DNA of 64,000 bases, taken from assembly GCF_006345805.1 (NCBI RefSeq), contig NW_021831992.1, positions 1-64,000 on the forward strand, in the 5' to 3' direction. Source of the stretch: Octopus sinensis. Lineage: Eukaryota. Positions 50,692 to 62,852 of the stretch are shown one piece after another. The translations under genes were made by a program, and so were the position numbers. Below the pieces are notes generated by a model. It searched no databases. It was not told where the DNA came from and saw only the letters and a program-made list of their open reading frames with translations. The stretch's first letter is position 1. Every line of letters starts with the position of its first letter.

Positions 50692-51699
50692 TACAGACAG
50701 ACAGACAGACATACAGACAGACAGACAGACAGACAGTTATGTCCGGTTCACAGGGTTGCCCAGAGTTTCGCATCCATAATCGCTTAGCTTTCCATACGTC
50801 TGGGGCCACCGGCCATTAGGGTCTCACGAGACGTGTGTGAAGCAAAGTACTTTATGAACGCGAAACACTGGACAACCCTATGAAGCAGCCATTACTAGCT
50901 TTATCTAATGAACGTTTGATTTAAAGGCAGGAAACGAAAGGAAAGGTCACGGTTTCGCTTCGCATTGCAGCGAAACTAGAGGTTGTTTTAAGATTAATTG
51001 TAGCGTGTTTGTATAGTTAACTGTAAAGTTTAATCATAAACTGTTTTTGTAAAGTGATAGTGTAAAGTTTAATAGTACAAACAAGTACTTAAAATGTTAT
51101 TATGGTTGGAAAAAAAAAAGGAATTGTAAAGACTTTCACAGTTCGTCTCGCATCGGGGGCGAGACGGGCGTCTCATTTACATCATAATTTTATTCATTCC
51201 ATTATCATTTTTCATTCGTTTTTAAGTCCCCGCATGTTTTCTTTATGTCCCCGCAGGCCTTGTGCCTATAGTAAAGAAATTACTAGCTTTATCTAATTAC
51301 TCTACTACTCTAAAACTTAGCGTGTGCTTCTATGACTTAGTAACCGCACACACACACAAACACACACACACTTATGTACCCGCCCACACTCCGCAATATG
51401 TTGCTGCTACGTGAATAGACGAGCGCAACAAACTAATAATATTGTCTAATTTTCTTTCCAAATTAAAACACAGCTGTTGTTTGAAGCGGTGTTTAATTAT
51501 TATACATCGGCACCAATTTACATCTAAGTAAGTCGTGCCATTTGAGAGTTAAATTTCTTGACGTTTCCAATCACTGAATTCTCAGATTATTTGCTGTCTT
51601 TGATAGCATAGCCTGTATGTGAAGTATGCACATTAACTATCGCAACGAAAAATCGTAAATAAATGCTGTATTAACTACGCGTATATGAATCTATTGATT

Positions 51700-52290
51700 T
51701 CGAAGTTTGGTACCCGGCCAACAATTTCGAGGAGGGGAAGGGAAGTCGATTATACTGACCCCAGTTCCCAACTATTTTATCGACCCTGAAGGGATGAAAT
51801 GCAAGTCGCCTTCTGCGGAATTTGAACTCAGAACACGAAGATGGATAAAATGCCGCTAAGAATTTCGCCCGGTGTGCCTCTATTGTATAAGCATTTATTA
51901 CTATAGCAACAATCCACAATAGTGTAGATACTTTCGTAACTTTAGTATTTACTTACCAAAGTCTTTCTTTGTTTATATATATATTCTCGGACGCTAGGAT
52001 TCATGACACCAGTTTCCGTTTGTCCGTGAAGTATAAGGGCCAGAGATCGCAACATTCCCTCTTGGACGGGGCGCTGTCTCCGTCGCAGGGTTCAAAGCCG
52101 ACAATTGAAAAGCAGAGAGAGAACAAGTCGATCACATTGACTCCAGTACTAGACTTGTACTTTATTTTATCGACCCTACGAAGAAATGTAAGACAAAGTC
52201 GATATCAGAAAGATTTCAACAAAGAACGTAAAGACCCGGGAGAAATGCGCTAAGCATTTTGTCTGACATCTAAGCGATGCCGAACAACTG
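51700..52290 (-). mobile_element. Cluster of diverged SINE family A-type copies (minus)
   Basis: TTTATCGACCC..GAATTTGAACTCAGAAC at about 51775-51835, and a more diverged copy at about 52130-52280. Confidence 0.75.
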
Positions 52291-52349
52291 ATGTCGGATG
52301 CAGAAAGAGTACGGCTCTCGACTAAGTCCATGATAAAGATTGTACAACC

Positions 52350-52620
52350 TTCCTCTTTCACCAAAGAAAAGAAGGCAGTATCTCTCTGCGTAGTAACCAT
52401 ACTGAAAGACACTGTATGGAAGACGCGAATGAAAGGGACTGCGACAGGCCAGTTCATCTCCGGAGGCGGGCTGGGGAATTACTTAGCCGCGCATCTTTAC
52501 AGCAAGATACGCCTGGAGAGGAGGAGCCTGCCACAAAGATTATTTGGGAAAAGATGGACGGAAGTAGTAAGAAAGATGAGAATGCAAGGAGCCGTGGTTG
52601 CGCGGTCGGTCCAGGCATAA
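52350..52620 (+). mobile_element. 3' end of Tx1/L1-clade LINE ORF2 (5'-truncated)
   Basis: ..LKDTVWKTRMKGTATGQFISGGGLGNYLAAHLYSKIRLERRSLPQRLFGKRWTEVVRKMRM* fits the 'KxxVWxxR..L..F...L..K+R+ER..L...F.KRW' C-terminal pattern of Tx1-like ORF2 (from recall). Confidence 0.55.
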
Positions 52621-53624
52621 AGGGACGGAAAGGATTACCAAAAAAGGAAATCAACCGGCGGGTTAGTTCACTAACCTGAAAAATAGTGATAAATTAACAT
52701 CTATATTTTAAACTTCACATCATCCGTCATACATATCTATAAATGCATTCGTTTTTAATCTTTTGTAAAGAGTGTGTCTGACCCTTAGTTGTTCCTTGTC
52801 TGTCCTTGTTTGTCCCCTCTATGTATCCATCTTATAGGAAATAAAGAAAATCTGCCAGCTCGCTGCCAGGATACCAGCTGTATATAATCATAACACTACT
52901 GTATTTCGAACAGAAACAGATGACACGAACCAATGAAGTAGTTTCAACAGGGCTATCTTTTACCTTTCACTTCCTTCAGTCGTTAGATGGATGCCATGCT
53001 GGAGCACAGCCTTCGAAATAAACAAAATGATAACGTCTATTATATTTATTATTTTAGTCATTTTATATACATCTAATCCCTATAATTTGAATCCAATGCC
53101 CGAAACTCCTGCATTTCGACAAAAAAAATTGTACACGTGCTTGCATTTGTTAGAAATAAGTAGCGTGGTGGGCTTCTTGGATTTAAAAAGGAATGTGAAA
53201 TCATTCTCTAGCACTTAACTTGCATCTATTTGATCCATTTATATATCGAGTGGATTTCTCCAAGATGCTCCATTTGATTGCATGTGGCGCGCAAATGGTT
53301 TATAGGCCTCATATATGACAAGCCTGTTTTGTGGCTTCATTCTTGTCGGTGAAAGTACCAGCTATTTTGTGTATTCGAGCCTGTAAGACTGCTTGGAGAC
53401 ACAAGAAATTATATATAAATCTGCCGAATTATTATGTTTCTGCAGCATGAAACCATTAGTAGCTCATATTTGAATATTGCATGAATTAAAATATATTTAT
53501 TCCTGGGTGGATGGAGTATACTTTTTTGTTGTCCTGCTAATCTATGTATGTACGTAAGTACGTACGTATGTATGTATGTATGTATGTATGTATGTATGTA
53601 TGTATGTATGTATGTATGTATGTA

Positions 53625-53925
53625 TGTGCATGGCTTAGTGGATAGGGCGCTGCATGCACAGTCGTGAGATTGTGATTTAAGTTTCTAGACCGGATGGTGC
53701 GTTGCGTTCTTCAGTAAAACACTTCATCTTACGTTGCTATGCGACCACTTCGACACCTGACTCGTGGTACACCGGGCACCTGTTCAGAGGACGTCGATTT
53801 GAAGGAGAGAATTAGCAAATGTACGGCACGAATATTTGATTTCTATAAACAAATAATTTGTGCAGGTCGTTCGGCAAAAGCTGAACGCTTATATGTCGTC
53901 TACGACGGGGGAGTTCACCATGTAT
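53625..53925 (+). mobile_element. tRNA-derived SINE family C variant
   Basis: GCATGGCTTAGTGGATAGGG head, AAAACACTTCATCTTACGTTGC body. Confidence 0.75.
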
Positions 53926-53960
53926 ATAAATATAGATAGGCAGACAGACAGACAGGTAGG

Positions 53961-54039
<79 letters not shown>

Positions 54040-54040
54040 G

Positions 54041-54072
<32 letters not shown>

Positions 54073-54075
54073 AGA

Positions 54076-54139
<64 letters not shown>

Positions 54140-54584
54140 GGAGACAGGGAAGCAGATAGTTAACAGATAGTTTTTTTTATTGGCCACGCAGAGTTGAACA
54201 CCGAAGAGACAAAATACAATGTAGAGCTTTTCTTTTGGGGAAGAAGAGAAGGAAAAAAAAATTGGGTCGAATCCCGATCAAAAGGGATCGTGAAAAAAAT
54301 TAAATAGGGATCGTGTATCACAGAAACGTCAATGTAAAAAGAGAAAACAGATTAGGTTTGTCCGTGGATAGAAAAGCCTACGGAAAAGACCACGGGAAAA
54401 TAGTGTCATACAAAAAGAAATTACATTATAGTAAGTGGCTCTCTTTCTTCCTTTCATTTTTTTTTTTGGTGGGGGGTGGTTCATAAAGATAGATTGATTG
54501 ATTGATTGATTGATAGAAAGACAGATAGACGGGTTGGCAGGTAGATAGATATAGATATAATTATGCACACACAGAGTAATGTAT

Positions 54585-55075
54585 TTAGTGGTTATGGCAT
54601 CAGCATCATGATCGTAAGATTGTGGTTTCGATTCCTGGACCGGGCGACAAATAAATCTCTCGAGCTCTTATTCCTATTTCTTTACTACCCACAAGGGGCT
54701 AAACACAGAGGGGACAAACAAGGACAGACAAACGGATTAAGTGCGTAACTGGTACTTATTTAATCGACCCCGGAAGGGTGAAAGGCAAAGTCGACCTCGG
54801 CGGAATTTGAACTCAAAACGTAACGGCAGACGAAATACCTATTTCTTTACTACCCACAAGGGGCTAAACACAGAGGGGACAAACAAGGACAGACAAACGG
54901 ATTAAGTCGATTACATCGACCCCAGTGCGTAACTGGTACTTATTTAATCGACCCCGAAAAGATGAAAGGCAAAGTCGACCTCGGCGGAATTTGAACTCAG
55001 AACGTAACGGCAGACGAAATACGGCTACGCATTTCGCCCGGCGTGCTAACGATTCTGCCAGCTCGCCGCTTTGTA
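54585..55075. mobile_element. Composite: family C head (+) fused to an antisense family A tandem array
   Basis: 54585-54697 is identical to the reverse complement of 8674-8786. Two family A units follow on the minus strand, joined at the AAGAAATAGG|TATTTCG junction (about 54840). Confidence 0.9.
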
Positions 55076-55119
55076 TTTTGTATATATCATTGTATATCGT
55101 CGCATATGGCATAACTACT

Positions 55120-55345
55120 AGATATTGGTTTCACATTTTGGCACAATGCCAGCAATTTTGTGGGAGAGGCCAAGTCGATTATATCGACTCCAGTGCTCAA
55201 ATGGTATTTATTCTATTTATTCTGTCGACCACGAAAGAGATGAAAGGTAAAGTCGACCTTGGCAGAAATTGAACTCAGAGCGTTAAGGCGGACGAAATGC
55301 TACTAAGCATTTTGTCCGGCGTACTAATGATTCTGCCTTTTCGTC
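55120..55345 (-). mobile_element. SINE family A (diverged, minus)
   Basis: GATGAAAGGTAAAGTCGACCTTGGCAGAAATTGAACTCAGAG. Confidence 0.82.
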
Positions 55346-55765
55346 ACCTTATGACTAACAAATATTATGAGATACTGGAAAGCAAAAGACAACGAGAAGC
55401 AAAATTCTTTACCGGAACCTATGGACATTGGAAGAAATCTAAGTATGGAGAAATAAGACACAAACAGTTTTATAATAATATCAATTGTACAGTGGTAATC
55501 CAAGAGGGAAGTTCCGAGAATATCTCCGGTGTAGCATTAACCCACATTTTCATGTTATGTTGTTATGCTACAGTTTTTATTGAGATACTAAATAAAATCA
55601 TGCAATATGATATATAAGGGAAATTTTGTGCTTGCTTCAGATTTTGTTCCATTCTGGAAAGGAACAAGATCTCTATATTCATCCACAGACACAAACACAC
55701 ACGCATGAATTTTTTATGTGTGTGTGAGAGAGAGAACACATATTTATAAAATTATATCCATATAT

Positions 55766-55814
<49 letters not shown>

Positions 55815-55952
55815 ATATATATATATATTATATATAATATATATATATATATATAAAGTTAATCCAAACAAGAAAACAAAAAAACACAACAACGCGAGGA
55901 CGTGGAACAATAAAGTATTATTGGACGCTCAGGAAAGAAGGGAAGAAGGAGG

Positions 55953-55987
55953 GTTTAACGTTTCGAGCGGAGTTCTTCGTCGGAAAC
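55953..55987 (-). ncRNA. Decayed minimal type I hammerhead-like motif
   Basis: Minus strand GTTT-CCGACGA-A-GAAC-tcc-GCTC-GAAA-CG-T-T-AAAC, with a U4C change and one helix II mismatch. Host element (about 55855-55990) is related to the 7560-7755 family. Confidence 0.55.
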
Positions 55988-56025
55988 ATATATATATATA
56001 TATATTATATATATATATATATATC

Positions 56026-56086
<61 letters not shown>

Positions 56087-56284
56087 TGTATGTAAGTATG
56101 GATATATGTACATATACAAAATACACACACTGCATATATATTTGTATATATCTACATGTATGTATGTATTTCTCCCCACCTCTCCTCCCGGTCTCTCTCT
56201 CTTTTTCTCTCTTTGTATGTATACAAAAATGATAATTCTGCCGCAGAATCCTGGAATATGTGTGTGTATGTTTGTTTGTGGGTG

Positions 56285-56352
<68 letters not shown>

Positions 56353-56463
56353 CGTGCGCGCGCGCGTACACAAGTGAGCAGATAAGTGCAAAACAAGTGG
56401 GAGAAATAGTACTCTACCAAAATTTGAGGAATTGTACTTTTTATAAAAGTGCAAAATTATATT

Positions 56464-56512
<49 letters not shown>

Positions 56513-56544
56513 ATGTATGAGTATATATATACATTTTTTTTTTC

Positions 56545-56743
56545 TTCTCTGTTTCAGTCATTTTACTGCAGCCATGCAGAAGCACCGCCTTTTAGCCGAG
56601 CAAATCGAGCCCAGGACATATTCCTTGTAAGCCTGGTACTTATTCTATAGGTCCATTTCCCCGAAACGCTTAGTTAGATGGACGTAAACACACCAACATT
56701 GCCGTCAAGCGACGCTGGGGCGACAGACACAGACTTACAAATA

Positions 56744-56775
<32 letters not shown>

Positions 56776-56938
56776 TATGTAGGACGGGTTTCTTTAAGTT
56801 TCCGTTTACCGAATCCACTAACAAATCTTTGGTCGGCCCCAGGTGGTAGTAGAAGACATTTACCGAAGGTTACGCGCATGGGACTGTACCAGGAACTATA
56901 TGGTTGGGAAGCAAGCTTCTTACCATACATCCACTCCT
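56545..56938 (-). mobile_element. SINE family B (diverged)
   Basis: Reverse-complement match with internal (CA)n(CG)n. Confidence 0.85.
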
Positions 56939-57149
56939 ATATATATTGCATTTAGAATTCATGAAAAGTTACAGAGGAATTTGACATTACTAGACCGAAT
57001 ACTCCCAGAAGAATATGGTTGTCGATGAATATTGAATGTCAAAGCGCAGTTTCACAAGTCAATTTATCATGCTTTAATCTCGAATCTAAAGTATCTTTTA
57101 CTTGTTTTTATCACTAGACTTTGGCCATGCTGGGGCAACGCCTTGAAGA

Positions 57150-57705
57150 CGTTGGCACGCCGGGCGAAATGCTTATCGGTATTTCGTCTACCGTTACGTT
57201 CTGAGTTCAAATTCCGCCGCGGTCGACTTTACCTTTCATCCTTTCGGGGTCGATTAAATAAGTACCAGTTACGCACAGGATTTGATGTAATCGACTTAAT
57301 CCGTTTGTCTCTCCTTGTTTGTTCTCTCTGTGTTTAGCCCCTTGTGGGTTGTAAAGCAATATGTATTTTGTCTGCCGTTACGTTTTGAGTTCAAATTCCG
57401 CCGAGGTCGACTTTGCTTTCATCCTTTCGGGGTCGATAAATTAGTATGAGTTACGCACTGGGGTCGATGTAATCGACTTAATCCGTTTGTTTGTCCTTGT
57501 TTGTTCTCTCTGTGTTTAACCCCTTGTGGGTTGTAAAGCAATAGGTATTTTGTCTGCCGCTACGTTCTGAGTTCAAATTCCGCCGAGGTCGACTTCGCCT
57601 TTCATCTTTTCTTGTTCGATAAAATAAGTACCACTTGTGTACTGGGGTCGATCTAATCAACTGGCCCCTTGCCCCAAAATTTCGGCTTTGTGCCTAGAAT
57701 AGAAA
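57150..57705 (+). mobile_element. SINE family A head-to-tail trimer (184 and 182-bp units)
   Basis: Units restart at GTATTT(C/T)GTCT at 57179, 57363 and 57545. Confidence 0.92.
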
Positions 57706-57737
57706 AGTATATTTGTTGACCATAAGTAACTTTACAG

Positions 57738-58308
57738 GTGTGTGTGTGTGTGTGTATGTATGAGTCCCTGAGTGTGTATGTGTGTAGGGGTATGTTAATG
57801 TGTGTACGCATGTTTGCGTGTTTTTTCGTGCAAGTCCGGGTGACTGTACACGTTTGTGTATGTGTTTATGTGCTGGTGTGTGTACGCGTATACCTCTATG
57901 CGTTTGTGTGCTGTGATTTTGAGCGTGTGCATATGTGTTTATGTGTGTGCATATATGTTAATATGCTTGTGTGTACTTTTGTGTGTGGGGGGTTGCATGA
58001 CTGTGTAATAGTGTGTGTAAGAGTATGCGTATGTGTATCTCTGTGTGCTTTTATGTGCACGTGTACATATGTTATGTGTTATAGTGTGTGTGTATTAGTA
58101 TGTGTTTGTGTGTATGTGTGTTTCTGTGTTTCCTTTTGTGTGTGCGTTTGTGCTTCTACACCTATATGTTTGTATATGTGTATCCGTGCCAGTGTGTGTA
58201 TGCGACATGGATATCTGTGTGTGCCTCTGCATGTGTAGGCGCGTGCGTGAATTTATGCATTGTGTACGTGGTGTATGACCTTTATGTATGTGTGTTTATA
58301 TGTGTGTG

Positions 58309-58361
<53 letters not shown>

Positions 58362-58375
58362 TGTGTGTGTGTTGC
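57738..58375. repeat. Degenerate (TG)n low-complexity tract
   Basis: Direct inspection. Confidence 0.93.
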
Positions 58376-58532
58376 TAGAGTCGGTGAACGCGAGAAAGTA
58401 AAGCATAGCATTACTTTTCTGTTAAAGAATAATGAATCAAACCGAATTATCGGACCTTAAACATTGCTAGTCCATCATGGATTACCTCCCTTAAAAATTC
58501 TTCATATGTCTTTTATTAACTCTGTTCTTACT

Positions 58533-58856
58533 GATGGGTTGGCAACTAAATTACCGTCGTTTTTTTAAATTTTGGAATTTATTGCGTTTTTAAATTCTAA
58601 AATCTATTTTCTTTCGAGAATTCTATTTTTGAACCAGTTTGGAATCTATTTGGTATTTTTTCTAGTTAATTATTTTCAGATCATTAAAATGGAATGTCAA
58701 GTTAAGAAAACGAGCATTTTCGACACCTCCTTTTTGCTTTTAAGCACGGTTCTCGCGACATTTGTGCTGTTTATGGAGAGGTCGCCATTGCTGAAGGAAT
58801 CGGGTATGTATGACTCAGAAATGAGAGAGAGTGAAATTTTGAATTTAGTTCATAGA
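58533..58856 (+). mobile_element. 5' fragment of a mariner element (mellifera-like)
   Basis: TIR-like GATGGGTTGGCAACTAA. From ATG 58689 a frameshifted MECQVKK-EHFRHLLFAF..RDICAVYGE..IAE matches mariner N-terminal helix-turn-helix regions. Confidence 0.85.
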
Positions 58857-58884
58857 CCCCCAGTACTAACTTTGCGGACCCCAG

Positions 58885-59115
58885 GTTCGTCGTTAGGGTG
58901 TTGGATTCCTGATCGTACGATTGTGGTTTCGATTCCTCCACCGGTTGACGCATTGTGTTCTTGAGCAAAACACTTCATTTCACATTCTCCAGTCCTCTCA
59001 GATGGCAAAAATGAGTAATCCTGCGACGGACCGGTGTCCTGTCCAGGTGGGTAATGTATACGCCATGGAAACCGAGAAACTGCCCCTTCTAAGTCCACAT
59101 GACTCGAGAAGATAA
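58885..59115 (+). mobile_element. SINE family C
   Basis: TTAGGGTGTTGG..GATCGTACGATTGTGGTTTCGATTCC head and TTGTGTTCTTGAGCAAAACACTTCATTTCAC body. Confidence 0.82.
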
Positions 59116-59124
59116 GGTAACCTT

Positions 59125-59510
59125 GACCTTTATTTGCTTCTTTCAGTCATTAAACTATGGCCCATGGTGGAGCACTGCATTAGTGGAACATATAGACCAG
59201 AGTGTGTATTTTATTAAACACTGGTACCTTTTCTATTGGTCAGTCTCGCCAAAGAGCAAAGTTACAGGGACATGAACAAGGAGGGAGACAAATACAAATT
59301 GTGACACACACACGAGTCTGTGTGTGTGTGTGTGTGGTGTGTGTGTGTGTGTGCATGTGTAGGATGGGCTTCTGCACAGTTTCTGTCTACCAATTCACTC
59401 AGAAGGCATAGGATCTATGCGGAAGATACTTACCCATTGTGCACTGGGATTGAACCCGAAACTACACGGTTGCAAATGGAGATTCTTAACCACAGAGCTA
59501 TAACCGCGAC
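59125..59510 (-). mobile_element. Old SINE family B copy
   Basis: Diverged reverse-complement match (TTCAGTCATT..GGAGCACTG tail; TTCTGTCTACCAA segment). Confidence 0.7.
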
Positions 59511-59647
59511 CAGAATACAGACATGCCTTGCCTTCGCCTGTTTAGTTAGACTTCAAGTCTAAAATATAGAACAATTTCTTAGAGCCCTACAGCCCTTTTC
59601 CTTGATTCTGACAACCTCATTTGATTAAATTTATCCTTAATTTACGT

Positions 59648-59955
59648 AAAGGTGTGTGGTTTAGCGTTTAGGGTATATGAATCAGGAACGCAAGATCGCC
59701 AGTTCGATACCCGGCGGCGCTTTGTGCTCGTCTTCAGCATGACGCTTTATTTCACATTGCTCCAGTTCACTCAGCTGGTAAAAATGAGTTGTACCTGTAT
59801 TGCAAAGGGCCAACCTTATCACATTTTCTATCACGGTGAATCTCCCTGAGAACTTCGTTAAGTTTACGCGTGGCTGTGGAGAGATCAGTCAATCGTACGT
59901 TAATTTCAAATGGTATCAACTGGAATCCTTCTCGTTGTAACCGACGGAGTCCCAC
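59648..59955 (+). mobile_element. tRNA-derived SINE family C, long-tail variant
   Basis: AAGGTGTGTGGTTTAG..AGTTCGATACCC head, CTCCAGTTCACTCAGCTGG body, TCTCCCTGAGAACT..CCGACGGAGT tail. Confidence 0.78.
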
Positions 59956-60988
59956 TCAGGTATTCCTTAATTAAAATTTCTTTCTTGAAACACAACTTCT
60001 TCGTGAAATCGAACTTACTATGTGTAACGTGGTTGATCAATCCACAGACACCTGTACCCTCAACGTAGCTGCCAAGGAGACTATTAAGGCCGGTTACACG
60101 ATTTCTATGATATGTATACGTGATCGAGATTACAACGTTCCCCCTTGATAGGACGCTAGTTCATCGCATGGTTACTCATTTACAGCTGACTGGAGTGGAG
60201 CAAACTGGAATGAAATGTTTTGTTCAGGACCACATCGAACCGACCCGTCCAGGAATTGAAACCAAGATCTTACGATCGTGAGAGCGACACACATTTATGG
60301 CCGTTTGATGAACCATTCTTTTATTTTCAGCACCATTGTACAATTATGTTAAGCTTTAACTCCGGGCGTGATTACTTTCTCATGTCTTAGACAGCAGAAG
60401 ATCTCAACAATAAAGATATAAGAAGCTTGTGAATTTGTCGGTGGTGGTGCTGGTGGTGGTGGTAGGGTTGGTGGCAGTGATTGTGGCCGTCGTCGTCGTC
60501 GTCGTGGTAGTGGTCGTTGTTGTTGTTGTTGTTGTTGATGGTGGTGGTGGTGGTGGTGATTAATCTGGCAAGTTCTTGATCACAAGTAGCTTTATGATGA
60601 CCACCGCAACTTCTTGCTGGGTCGAATCTTCTGACCCCTATCGTATACTGAACCGGACAAAACAACTGATACCCTTTTAAGTTATAGCAGGGAGATAACT
60701 CTTTAAAGTTGATCAAAGGGAAATAATTAGAAAAATGTGTAAGGGGAGAGAACTCTCATTTCGGAACCCATATTTTCCGTAAAATTAGATTTCATCGATG
60801 TAATGTCGTAATATATATCAAAACTGGTATATTAATGGTATATGTTGTACTACAAGATCTTGTTATTTTGTTTAAGTTTCACAAAGCATTTTTGTCTTTT
60901 GTTTTCGACATATTACATCTTAATGTTGTTTACGTAGCCACTGACAACTGTGAGTGTTTAACAAAATCACTTTCAGCCGACGAAATCA

Positions 60989-61025
<37 letters not shown>

Positions 61026-61183
61026 GATAAATTGATAGATACAACTGAGTGGGCAAACAAAAATATGAGACACTGCCCGCTGCTTTTTTATTTTGATAAG
61101 CCTGGTACTTATTCTATCAGTTTTTTGTGGTGATACCAGTACGCTATATACATCTATATATATATATATATCTATATGTATAC

Positions 61184-61275
<92 letters not shown>

Positions 61276-61301
61276 GATGTATATATATAGATGTATATAG
61301 C

Positions 61302-61338
<37 letters not shown>

Positions 61339-62419
61339 CAATGAAAAATTGTAAAAATGCAGAATGTTCGATTGAAAGAAAATTTTAATGAAATGAGAAA
61401 ATGAAAAAATATATAAATATATATTTATTCAAACCGGCTTTCGCCACAGCTCGACCCACCAAGAATAGTTAGGTGAAAAGGTTTTCCAAAAATGAGAAAG
61501 GGGGAAAAAAGCTGCATTGCTCCCCGCAAAAGAACAACAATAAATATGTATAAAAATCAAAGAATAAGCACTCCGACACATTGTGAGTTCGCCGTGCATC
61601 CTGAGTCCAATGACTGTTCACGAAAAAACCACCCTGAGGCACTAGGATCCAATGGGATCAAGGCCATGTGCTGCCTGGCCCAATCCAGGATGCCGGCAAA
61701 ACAGGAAGCAGCAGTAATTGTGGCCCCTCAGTTCCTGTGTTGTGAACAAGGGGAGACAACTCTTTTGAGTTCCCCAACAAAGGCTGCCGATAAATCCCAA
61801 ACCATAAAATTGTCATTCCAGCCCCACTCGCACCATCTTTTTTATACAATTGTTTGTCAATTCAACTTTCAGATTTTAGCAGTTTATTTATATTATTTTC
61901 TAATTATATAGATTTGCACAGACAACCGCATCCCAGATTGCTATATCATAAATAATAAAGATGATGGTAATAACCACAATAGTAAAAATGATATTTAAAG
62001 AATATAAGTTTTTGCTTGAAGTGATGAATCTATGGTATCCTTATATATTTGCGTGAGTCCATCCATGAAGAATGAGGTAGAAAAGGGAAGTTTGATCAAC
62101 GAGGAGTTTGTATATTAAGTTGTGTTTGGAATTTTTCAATAAAGAGATTCTCCTTGTTAATTCTCTCCTGTGTGGTGATGCCGTCTTTACATTGGTAGAA
62201 GGGCAATATATAGAATTTGGGGTTTAAGTCTTTAGCGCACTAAGTCTATGTGGTCACTCAGTGGAATTTGTCGGTATTCCGGGAGATTTATTTGTTCTTT
62301 ATGCACCGCTACTCGTTTACGTAACGGGAGACTCGTTTGTCCAACATAATTATGTTGGCAACCAGCGCATGTGAGAACGTAGATAAAATATATATATATT
62401 TTATTTATTTTATAGAAGG

Positions 62420-62470
62420 AGCTTCTACAGGACTAGAACTGTTTCATTCAAAAGAAATCATCAGGAAGCT
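62420..62470 (-). ncRNA. Type I hammerhead ribozyme (mirror copy on the minus strand)
   Basis: Exact reverse-complement copy of the + strand motif at 62467-62517, produced by the palindrome. Confidence 0.7.
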
Positions 62471-62517
62471 TCCTGATGATTTCTTTTGAATGAAACAGTT
62501 CTAGTCCTGTAGAAGCT
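62467..62517 (+). ncRNA. Type I hammerhead ribozyme, canonical core
   Basis: AGCTTC-CTGATGA-TTTC-tttt-GAAT-GAAA-CAG-ttctagtc-CTG-T-A-GAAGCT: 6-bp helix I, 3-bp helix II below a U-U pair, 4-bp helix III, GUA triplet. Predicted cleavage is after A62511. Confidence 0.75.
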
Positions 62518-62598
62518 CCTTCTATAAAATAAATTAATTTACTCTGCTATGTATTGAGTACCTTATTTACTGTGGTTAACCCCGACTCAACCGGGACC

Positions 62599-62669
<71 letters not shown>

Positions 62670-62819
62670 TGTACATAGCGTACTGGTTTCACCAGGAAAA
62701 AAAATGATAGAATAAGTATCAGGCTTATCAAAATAAAAAAGCACTAGGTTGTGTCTCATATTCTTGTTTGCCCACTTAGTTGTATCTATCAATTTATCTT
62801 TGTATGTGAGTGTATATAT

Positions 62820-62852
<33 letters not shown>

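Larger units (their letters stand above)
62403..62534. repeat. Perfect 132-bp palindrome (66-bp arms, no spacer), centre 62468/62469
   Basis: Every position pair with i+j=124937 from 62403 to 62534 is complementary (checked base by base). Confidence 0.97.

Noticed and set aside
57150-57705. CRISPR-like array from regularly spaced repeats
   Set aside because: Units are whole ~183-bp SINE bodies without unique spacers, in a eukaryotic context with no cas genes.
60387-60716. 109-aa minus ORF with T/N/D/H runs
   Set aside because: Its length is largely due to trinucleotide repeats; the flanking unique parts show no recognisable homology.
61492-61911. 139-aa ORF in a GC-richer segment
   Set aside because: No recognisable motif and no convincing splice sites; may be an old TE fragment, so it is left uncalled.
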